DNA of 64,000 bases from Octopus vulgaris (Eukaryota). Where the stretch lies: assembly GCA_951406725.2 (NCBI GenBank), contig OX597816.1:143902001-143966000 (forward strand). Reading direction: 5' to 3'. The notes beneath the pieces were generated by a model. It was not told where the DNA came from. It did not search any database and worked only from the letters and a program-made list of their open reading frames with translations. A program made the translations under genes and the position numbers. This document shows positions 13,040 through 23,084 of the stretch, piece after piece (the stretch's first letter is position 1; every line of letters starts with the position of its first letter).

Positions 13040-15133
13040 AACAAATAGATGAATTTAAAAATTTTACATAAATATGAATAGTTCGAATGATAACATATGC
13101 AAGACAACAATACAGAATGGGGTGGGGAGGCGGGATATGCTCGGACCCCACGACCCGTCTCACCACTGATGCTTTGGGTTCTTCCTGCGTTGTATTCATG
13201 TGGTTCCATCCATTCGTGCGACATTCTTCCATCGATCTTGGAACATTTTTGCGGACGGGCATTTTTTCTCTAACCCTATTTTCCTTCTTATGCACCCACT
13301 GAAATTCACCAAGCCAGGGCCAGAGATAAAAATGCCTGTTATTAACCCTTTCATTCGCGTCTTCCAAATCGCCTCTCTCGCAATTGCTACTACGATGAGA
13401 AAGCAATTCTTACCGTCTTTCGATAGGAAATCCGGTGGGTCAGTTTTTACTATTGACTCAGTCGATAGCTGTACTCTTCCTGTACTTGACAAATGTTGTT
13501 CGGCATAAACCCACATATCGGACACCTCAATACACTCGGCGGGGGATGGCCTATGACTGTGGGGAAATATGATTTTAGTATTTCAAGGTTTATATTGTCT
13601 ATTTGTATTATCATAATTCCTTCAGGAAGTTTTGTATAATGTTCTATGAAGATTTCTGATGTAGGAATATTTTAAATTCTAGATGTAAATTGTTCGTTCG
13701 TGGCATTTATTGACACTAATAGTAATTTGTTTTGCCATATTTTTTTCCGGGACTGGAGGGGAGGGATGATTTTCTTGGGCTGGTCGAGGGGATGTACGAG
13801 GGGAGGGATATCGGGACTGGAGGATGGGGATTAGAGAGGTGAAATATCAGGGCTGGGTGGGAGGGAGGAGAGGTTATCAGGGTTGAAAGGAGGGGATATT
13901 GGTGGGCTTTTTTGGGAGGGATAGTGGCGAGGAGGGGTAGTTTGAGTTTCGTGTGTGTCTGTTGAGAGAGCTTTTTTCTTGTTCGATCTGGAAGTTGAGG
14001 GGGTGGGATTTGGATTCTTCTTTTTGGTTAATTTCTTCCTTTTTACTGTAGACCACCCGTCTTCACTCCCAGCTGGTTGAGTGTTTTCATTGCAGGGAGC
14101 CTGCTGGTCGGCCTTCTGTGTCTCTGTATCTTCTGCATCATTTTTTGGGCCGTCTCTACCTTACGAGTAGGATTGTTTGCTCGAATGTGGCCTTTCTCTC
14201 CATATTCGAAGCACCGGGGTCTTCTTCCCTCCACCATTACTGGTAAGGTGCTTTTTTCTCCGAGGTGTATGTTCTCTACGATCATTTCCAGGGTCTGAGG
14301 CGCCGCTTGGATAATGACCTCGAGGCCTTGCCCCTTCCAGTTCTGCTGGTGTATTTTTGAGGCCTCTAATATCGTTATTTCTTCTATCCCTATTAGTAAG
14401 GCTGGGAGTAGCCATGATACGTTTATTTCTGGCGGGATCTCGTCCATCGTGATTTTTGATATGCGTCTACCAATTGTATTGATATGCAATACAATGTCCG
14501 TAGTTTTCAAAGGTTGTACTGAGTATGTTTTTGCTTTGTCTTCACTTTTGAAATACACTACTACCGTGGCAAAGCGTTTGCCTCTGGTTAGGTATTCTAT
14601 GTCCTGCCAGATCGGCTGTAGGCATTTTCTATAGCTTTTGGTGCTTTGTCTAGTTTCTTTTCCTTTACAACAAGAGTTTTAAATACGACTATTTTTTTTG
14701 CGGTTTCTTCGATAATTTCACTCGGGAGGGTGGCTTTTACGTCGTATCTCTCCTTTGCAAACATGTTTTGGTGCTGCATTAGTACATTTTTGTCAATACA
14801 TAGTTTTTCTTTTTTCACTCCAGCCGCAGCTGCAAAATTAAACTTTTTTGCCGGTTCGACAAGTTTTTCTGCCATCGGCATACTTTATATTTTACAGTTC
14901 TTTTCACAGTTTTCGTCTACAGAGGAAGTATTCATTTTTAACAAAATAAATTGTGGAGAAACACCACAAAAAAATTAATAATTCCCACCCCCCTCACAGA
15001 GGGGGATAAAAGTTCACTCCGTCTGCCGCACGCAGAACGCTATTAAACACAACAATAAAAGAATTCAGCAACAACAATTTCAACACTAACCTTGAAGCAA
15101 AGAATACACCACACAATTAATCACACGTAACAA
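13040..15133 (-). mobile_element. Internally deleted L1/Tx1-like LINE (5'UTR, broken ORF1, last ~110 codons of ORF2, 3'UTR)
   Basis: ORFs 14597-14881 and 14043-14558 resemble ORF1 at 30355 (VEGRRPRCF..GEKGHIRA); 13196-13525 resembles the C-terminus of ORF2 at 31677. Confidence 0.85.
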
Positions 15134-16079
15134 AACCGCAAGCGTTTCACCCGGCGTGCTAACGTTTCTGCCAACTCGATTTCTTTTATTTAGGCACATG
15201 GCCTTTATAAAGAGGAGACACCACAAGGACAGACAAAACAAGACATTGGCGTACATATAAAACATATATCAAATGGACTATAACTATGATAAAAAATGAG
15301 GATCAAATGGCTTACTCGCCCCACCCCTAAAGCAAGCAGCTTCATTTCACTGTTCTTTTAAATTACAGTTCACTTTACAGTCATGTATCTTTTTTATATT
15401 AACACACAATTACAACAAATATTGCATAAGATCATCGAAAATTACAAGAGGCGGCAACTCGTATCTAATCTGAAGTGGTGATACTTCAATTTTTTTTCCA
15501 AACAGTTCTGCTAATCTCTCTCCCCTCTCTCTCTCTCTCTCCAATAGCACACCCTTCTTACCTTCTGAGTTTGCCAATTTCACTCTGATAATATTTTTCA
15601 TCTTTGTTAACCTCTTTTCGATTTCAACACTTTTTTCGTATTCTACGAGGTTTCGTAAATTTCTCCCTGTAGGTATCTTTCTCTACTCTCTTCGTCCGAC
15701 ATATATTTCTCTGCCTCAAATTCGCTGTCTCTTTCGTTTTCATTCTTCTGTCGTGCTCCTTTTTCCTTACTGGTTGAAGGCAACGGTTCCCGTGTTCGCA
15801 TTTCACTTGATTTTCTGTTTTTCTTCTTTTCTTTCTTGTTCTCTTCCTCGTTTGTTTTTCTTTTTTTTCCTTGAGGCTTTTAGGTGGTGATTCTAAATTC
15901 TTTTTTCTTTAAATTGCTCGTTCATTTTCTCCTGCTACATCTTTACTCTCTTCTTGAATTTCTGTTTCTATTATTTCCTCCTCGTGTTTCTGGGGACACT
16001 TGGCCTTCATGTGTCCCCTTACTCCACACGCAAAACATACTGGATATCATAAATATCCATATCATTTTAATGGAATGAG

Positions 16080-16506
16080 GGATCTTTTCGGTTTGAACGG
16101 TAGTTTTTTCTAGCGGTGTCATATGAAATTATCACCCATAATTATGACTCTAGTATCGATCTATTGCATTTCAATCTATGTTAGGGTTAATTAGGGTTAG
16201 GGTTAGGGATGGGGGAAGGGTATCTTTTTTTCTTCAGAAATGTAAATAAACCCAATCTGTTTCTTAAACGAGGGACATATTCATACGGCACAGAATGTTT
16301 TCACCACAATAGACGGTCATTGATTGGTTGAAATTGCAGAAATTGAAGAAAAAAAACAACAAATATCTTACAAACTATAGAATTTTCTCAATAAAGCCAA
16401 GAGAAAAAGATGTTTTATAAACACATTCTACCAGTATACGAAGTTTAAAAGTATTTAGTTACGTAGAAATTATTTTTAAAAACTGCCGTTCAAACCGAAA
16501 AGATCC
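16080..16506. mobile_element. MITE with ~29-bp TIRs, 8-bp TSD and internal TTAGGG repeats
   Basis: GGATCTTTTCGGTTTGAACGGTAGTTTTT / AAAAACTGCCGTTCAAACCGAAAAGATCC; flanks GGAATGAG / GGTATGAG. Confidence 0.8.
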
Positions 16507-17069
16507 GGTATGAGTATCATTAAGAAATAAATGGTTTTTGACACATTCATTATTCTTGATATCATGTTTTGAATATTTTCATATGTATTTCTGCTGCTCT
16601 ACCGGATGCTCCTTCACCTTCCTATTCCAAAGGAGTGTGCTGTATTTCCTCTTTTTTTGTAAGGGCTTTGAAGTTGTATTTAGATTCTACATTTGTTCTT
16701 TGTGTTAAGTTTTGTTTTGTTGTTTCGAGTGTTATGTTAATGTTTCGTCTATTTGTTTTGTGGACGTTGTGCAATGTGAACTGTGTTATTTTGTTGGCTG
16801 GTGATTGCGTTTAGTACATGTTGAATGAGATACGCTGTGTATCAGTGTCTGCTTGTAACTATGTTGAGTATGTGTTGTGCAAGTGGTGTTATAGTATTGT
16901 GTAACACTTGTCTAAAATATGGGTTGTCAAAGTAGTTTGTAATATGCGGGATATTCTGTGATATCATTCGTTGATTATGCTTGAGTGTTTCATTGGATAA
17001 TTGCATAAAATATCTAATAAGTGAATAGAGAAGGTTGTGTTATTTTATTGGATGGCAATTGTATAGAAA

Positions 17070-17345
17070 GGAGGCGCAATGGCCCAGTGGTTAGGGCAGT
17101 GGACTCGCGGTCAGAGGATCGTGGTTTCGATTCCCAGACCGGGCGTTGTGTGTGTTTATTGAGCGAAAACACCTAAGAAAAGCTCCACGAGGCTCCGGCA
17201 GGGGGTGGTGGCGACCCCTGTTGTACTCTTTCACCACAACTTTCTCTCACTCTCTTTTCCTGTTTCCCGTCTAGCTGGGGGGAACACATACGCCACAGAA
17301 ACCGGGAAACCGGGCCCATGAGCCTGGCTAGGCTTGAAAAGGGCG
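17070..17345 (+). mobile_element. tRNA-derived SINE, family D
   Basis: GGAGGCGCAATGGCCCAGTGGTTAGGGC...GGTTTCGATTCC head; second copy at 59825-60180. Confidence 0.8.
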
Positions 17346-17599
17346 ACGAATTGTATAAAACGTGCTTTGTGTTCTGTAGAGAGTGTCCTATATAAATTGT
17401 TATTGGACCGAAAATGTTTTACGCAGTATGTTAGCTGTGCTTTGCTGTGCCCAGCTGTGCTATTATAAAATTGTGTATAAAATTGTGAATCTTTAAACTA
17501 GAGTTTTATAAGTTTTTATTCATATCTTTTTTTAAATCATACTTAATGGTTCAATTATTATTTGTACTGTTGTCACTTTTATACCACTCAGCCTTCTTG

Positions 17600-18050
17600 A
17601 TTCAGTAGCAAAATTCTTGTATCTTGTTTCTTTCTCCACCACATTTTAGGCGATCAGAATTGATTGAGAATGTTCTGAAAATGTACAGAGAATTTCGTTC
17701 TTCCACTGATAACTATATCTATCAGTATATCTGGGTGGTGTGTCACAGATCCTCTTGTCAGTATGGAGAGGCATGTTGCAGAAGATTTGATCAGGTCGTT
17801 GTCATGTATTCTGTTAGGTATGTAACTATACTACTTCTTATCCCTGTTCAAGTAGAAATACCGGCATATTTTCAATTCACGTGTAGACTCATATTTGTGG
17901 ATATACTCGGACTTTGCAAGTACTGAGCAACCAGAAACAATATGGTCAGTTGTTTCATTGTATTAGCTACACTGAAAGTTGGCCTCTTGCTTGTTATTTT
18001 CTTCGTAAAGTATAGTCCTTGAGTCAACCTCTGAGAGCTTCTCTAGTATA
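17600..18050 (-). pseudogene. R4/Dong-like (RLE) non-LTR retrotransposon C-terminal relic
   Basis: Manual translation gives ETTDHIVSGCSVLAKSEYIH and HTDKRI..HHPDIL, resembling the CCHC knuckle and PD nuclease motifs. Confidence 0.55.
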
Positions 18051-18394
18051 TGTTTAAACTACCTTATTTCTGTTTATAGCTCGTAACACAGAGTAACCTC
18101 CAGTGTATGAATTCCTTAAAATCTGTCATACTTAAAGACAAAGTTTCTCTCAATTAAACCTGAAAAAACAAAAAAAAAACAAAAAAGCAGAGACAATGCG
18201 ATTAATTATTTCTTCGCAGCTTCCACAAATTCTGAAGGTACTTAATATATTCTTTACTATGCTGGTTTCTAGAGGGAAGGCTTTGCTCCTGTTTCTTTCC
18301 ACCCTTTCCTTTATTTTTTTTTTCAAGTATTCGCCATATAGGGGTTTTTTTTCTTTCTATCGCTTTATTATGAAATTTTTAATATTTACAGGAC

Positions 18395-18800
18395 TAAGAC
18401 GGTGTACTGGCAGAGATGTTAGTAGGCTGTGCAAAATCTTTAACGGCATTTCGTGTGTCTTTATTTTCAGAGTTCAAATGCCGGTGGGGTCGACTTTGCC
18501 TTTTATCCTTTCGGGGTCCATAAAACAAGTGCCAGTTAAGTTCTAGGAGTCGATGTAATCAACTAGTACCCTCTCTCGAACTTTGAACCAAAATTTGAAA
18601 CCGATATATAGGAATTTAATACCCCGGGAAAAATTCTTAACAGCATTTCGTCTGTCTTTGCGCTCTGTGTTCAAATTCCGCTGAGGTCGACTTTGCCTTA
18701 CATCTATTTAAGGGTCGACAAAATAAGTGCCAGTTGAGCACTGGGGTCGATGTAATCATTTACCTTCCCTCTAATTACTGGCCTTGTGCGAATACCATTA
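18395..18800 (+). mobile_element. Two diverged family A-related SINEs
   Basis: GTCGACTTTGCC...GGGTCGA core occurs twice. Confidence 0.65.
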
Positions 18801-19204
18801 TTAGAACTGTAAAGTGCTGGACAATGTTTCGCGCTATTTACTTAAGCTTTGTTTAACCTTGTGCTTTAACTTGCCAAAGTCTATAAAATAAGTTGCAGTC
18901 AAGTAGTGTGGTGAATTTAATAGACTGTTTTTGCTCTCAAAATGTGTGTCCTTATCTCTGTTAGAAATTATCGTTTATATTTTATAATACGATATAACCA
19001 AGAACTTATCGTTGATTTTTATGAATTGACTGAGATAAAAATAAAATGTTTATCAATATTGGTGTTAACAACAAGTGTTCATTGTTGAGTTGCTATTTTA
19101 TTTTAATATTTATCTATATATACTTTCGTTTGTGAATTTAGAGTTTTCTAATCTGTTGAAGCAGTTCAACAACGAAACGTTGCAGCAGCAACAACATTAA
19201 TAAC

Positions 19205-19460
19205 AACAGTAGTAGTAGTAGTGGTGGTGGTGGTGGTGGTGGCGTTGGCTATAGTAGTAGTAGTAGTGGTAGTAGTAGTATTGGTAGTAGTAGTAGTAGT
19301 AGTGGTAGTAGTAGTAGTAGTAGTAGTAGTAGCAGCAACAGTAGTGGTGGTGGATGTGGTGGTGCTGCTGTTACTTGTAATGGTGCGGGTGATGATGATG
19401 ATAGTAGTAGTAGTAGTAGTAGAGGCAGCAACAGCAGCGGCAATTGTAGTGGTAGTTTGA
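19205..19460. repeat. (GTA/GTG)n trinucleotide microsatellite
   Basis: Directly visible. Confidence 0.9.
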
Positions 19461-19712
19461 TTAATGGGTTGTTATATATATATATCTAATATCTGTCAAC
19501 TTTAACCTACTTGAGTTAACATTTAATCAAAGTATACAAAATTGTTATCATTGCAGGGAAATACAGGGGAAAACAAACAATTCTACAATTCAATACACAT
19601 TTTCATGCACAGCCTCCTCTACCGTCACCTCCTACTTTCATATAGGCGAATATTTAATCTCATTTTCTCCGTGACACATGCATATGCTTTCTCTCTTTCA
19701 CTCTTCCAGATA

Positions 19713-19759
<47 letters not shown>

Positions 19760-19842
19760 GTCCTTTATATTGTATCAAAATTTGTAAAGTTGAGGAAGTT
19801 GTTAAAAATTGAAACCCATCAATGACTTTTGGGACACCCTGT

Positions 19843-19895
<53 letters not shown>

Positions 19896-19907
19896 TACAT
19901 ACATATA

Positions 19908-19945
<38 letters not shown>

Positions 19946-20049
19946 GCATAAATACATACATACAAACATACATATATATATATATATATAATATATATAT
20001 ATATATAGAGAGAGAGAGTTAAACGCAGGTGTCATTCAAATTCTTTTAC

Positions 20050-20135
20050 TTCTGTCACATGTTTCGAAGATATCATTGGTATTATTCCAAAGGAAAAAAT
20101 GGTGTAAAACAATGTAATCTTCTCTTCAGGGAAAT
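20050..20135 (-). ncRNA. Degenerate type I hammerhead motif in a PLE pLTR-like remnant
   Basis: ttcc-CTGAAGA-gaagat...atcttc-GAAA-catgt-GAC-agaa; cleavage triplet mutated; related to 21531-21914. Confidence 0.5.
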
Positions 20136-20369
20136 GAAGAAATAAAACTTGTCAATAAGACAGTTTAACAGAATATGATGGATATGTATAGTGATGAACT
20201 GAACGCTATTAAGCTTTAAAAAAAATGTTAGAGGATATAACGTCAAAGGTAGCCTATAGAAAGAGAAGGTGTAAAGGAGGTGTTACGCCCTTTTTACTTG
20301 CGTTATTTGTTGCTACCCTGGTAACTGTTTATCTATTTTTCCGTGTTAATTGTAAGCAAAGGGAAAATC

Positions 20370-21475
20370 ATTTACGGCATCTCCTGCTCTCTCTCTGCCC
20401 TTCTCTATACATCAGGCAAACGGGACGCTGTTTTACTGACCGGTTTGCGGAACACCTCCAAGACATCCGACTCGGCAATGACACCCCGGTCTTGCGCCAT
20501 TTCCGCTCTACCCGTCACTCTTTGCAACACTTGTCCGTGTTCGGATTGTCCTTGCACAGGGGCCATACAGACTCCTTTTTGCGCCGTGAACAGAGATTAA
20601 TCTTCTCTCTTCGCTCCTTTGCGCCACATGGGCTCAACTCTCCTTCCCTCTTCATTTAACCTCCTCCCCTCGCCTCTCTCCCCCTCACACCTACTTCCTC
20701 CCACCCAGCTCCTCTCTTGCTCCGACTTCTACTTCTCTTCACTCCTACTCTTCTTCTCTCGTCTCTTCACTACTACCCACCTTCTCCTTCCCCCTTAATC
20801 GTCACCCCTCCCTCGTAAGCCCACCCTTACACATTCCACCCCACCTTCCTTATCCTTCCCATCCCACCCCGCCCCAACTCGTACACCCACTCCCATATAC
20901 CCATTTGTACTCTCACCCTCCGCCTAACCACATACCCCACCTCTCCCCCACCCCAGCCTAACCCATACCCTCTTGCTTTCTCCACTCTCGCCCCCATCTT
21001 CCAACACCTCACACCACACACCACTACACCTTACACCACCATACCACACAACACATCACATCACAACACACCACCACGCACACATCAGTACTGACCACTT
21101 CCTAGACCCACATTTTCACATCTACACATACACACACGCACACGTCAAGACCCCCAGCCCTCTTCCACACGTACATACAAGCTCTCTTATAACACGCACT
21201 CGCACCTTCGTTTTCGGATCATTCCTTCTTTATTACCTCCCCTTCTCCCTAGCTCTCTTGTGTGACCCTTCTGTCCGGCATTCACCATGATAGATCACTT
21301 GCCACTACACATTCTTTATTTTCTCTCCTTGTTTTTTACTGTGTTCCTTTCTGTGGAAGAGCGTAGGCTCGAAACGTTAAAGACTTTTTCACTTCCCGAG
21401 CGTTATACTAATACATCTGTTTGTTGTCTACACCACCTGACTTCGTCTTTTGTTTTTTTTGTGAATTCTCCCTAC
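20370..21475 (+). mobile_element. 5'-truncated PLE (GIY-YIG C-terminus plus pLTR)
   Basis: LYIRQTGRCFTDRFAEHLQDI...HF...REQRLIFSL...PHGLN; close relative of 23090-23370 in opposite orientation. Confidence 0.85.
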
Positions 21476-21530
21476 ACACACACACACACACACACACTCA
21501 CACACACACACACGCACACATATATATATA

Positions 21531-21914
21531 TATGAATAAATGAAAGAATGGAGTCGAACGACGATTTTAACAAAATTCCTTTACTCCCGACACATCTTTC
21601 GAAGGTTGCTTATTCCCTAATTCCGAAGGAATAAAGGATGAATTATGCCGCCATCTCATCAGGAAAGACAAGGAGATTATGTCAGCACCATGAAGAGCAA
21701 AAACTTTTAGATGACATGATCATGTGGGCAGTCATCTAAAAGTTTTTGCTCTTCATGGTGCTGACATAAGTTCCTTGTCTTTCCTGATGAGATGGCGGCA
21801 TAATGCACCCTTTATTCCTTCGGAATTAGGAATATGCAGCCTTCAAAACATGTGTCGAGAGTAAAGGAATTTTGTTAAAATCGTCGTTCGACGCCATTCT
21901 TTCATTTATTCATA
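21531..21914. mobile_element. Palindromic element (~185-bp arms) with a hammerhead motif on each strand
   Basis: Arms 21531-21715 / 21731-21914; CTGATGA at 21784-21790 (+) and 21656-21662 (-). Confidence 0.8.
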
Positions 21915-22072
21915 GTTAAAAAAACACACAAAATTTACACACGAGAGCACGGGATCCCTGCCCTTGGCATATAGCTTCAACCGTGTTTTCTGACGTGAAT
22001 TTGCTACCCAGGTATCGGTTAACCGAATTATCCATACTAGGATAATTCATTCACCTTCTTAAATATATATAT

Positions 22073-22456
22073 ATATAACGGGAAGCTTTATGAAAATAGA
22101 CAAAAGACGAAGGCAGGTGGAAAACAAACGAACAATTGTATTAGTATGGCGCTCAGGAAATATAAATAAAACAAGTCTTTAACGTTTCGAGCCTACGCTC
22201 TTCAACAGAAAGATACACAGAGAGAAAAAAAAACACAGAAAGAAGGAGAAAAAAATGCGTGCAGTAGCTAACGAATCAACATGGCGATCTGATTTCGGCC
22301 AGAGGTCAAAGATCAAACATGAGACGCGAGAGCGAAATAAGGGGAGATAATAGGGTTGATAATAGGGTTGATAATAGGGTTGAAGGACCAGCTAATAGTG
22401 CGTAGGAGGGGTCTGGAGTGTGTATGTATAGGGTTGGTGTATGTATTAGTATGTAT

Positions 22457-22497
<41 letters not shown>

Positions 22498-22800
22498 AGA
22501 GAGTATTAGTGCGTAGGATTGGTCTGGACGTGCGTATGTATGGGGTTGGTGTATGTATTAGTATGTATTAGTATGTATTAGTACGTATTAGTATGTATAA
22601 GTGTGTGTGTGTGTGTATGAGAGAGTATAAGTGCGTATGAGGGGTCTGGACGTGTGTATGTATAGGGTTGGTGTATGTATTAGTATGTATTAGTATGTAT
22701 TAGTACGTATTAGTATGTATTAGTTGGTGTATGTATTAGTATGGCACATCATATATGGTGTGATGTGTAAAGTCGTGTGGTGTAGTGAGGAGAAGAGGGG
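22073..22800 (-). repeat. PLE 3' pseudo-LTR
   Basis: Near-identical to 26543-27250 apart from microsatellite length and a few substitutions. Confidence 0.9.
22177..22213 (-). ncRNA. Minimal variant hammerhead motif in pLTR (copies at ~26647-26683 minus and ~21347-21383 plus)
   Basis: tcttt-CTGTTGA-a-gagc gtag gctc-GAAA-c-GTT-aaaga; palindromic ACGT helix III. Confidence 0.55.
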
Positions 22801-23084
22801 GAGGGGAGAAGAGGGGAGAGAGAAGGGGAGGGGAAGAAGAGGGGGAGGAGAGGAGAGGAGGGGAGAAGGAATGGGAGGAGGGGGAGGAAGGAGGAAAGAG
22901 GGAGAGGGGGAGAGAGAAAGGGAGAGAGAAAGGGAGAGAGGGAGTGAGGGAGCAGAGGGAAGGGGAAGAGGGAAGGAGGGAGGGAGAAAGAGGGAAGAAG
23001 GGAAGGGGAGTAGGGGTGAAAGGATGAAGGACTGAAGAAGTAGGGGTCGGGGGGAAAGGATAGGTGAGGAGGGGGAGAGGGGGT

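Noticed and set aside
18090-18190. Polypyrimidine tract plus CAG on the minus strand suggesting a host exon
   Set aside because: No open frame or good donor site; adjacent sequence looks like a retrotransposon relic.
19221-19460. Low-complexity ORFs (poly-V/L/Y/IY/HT) here and at 40016-40533, 43627-44465 and 59609-62760
   Set aside because: Translations of microsatellites, not genes.
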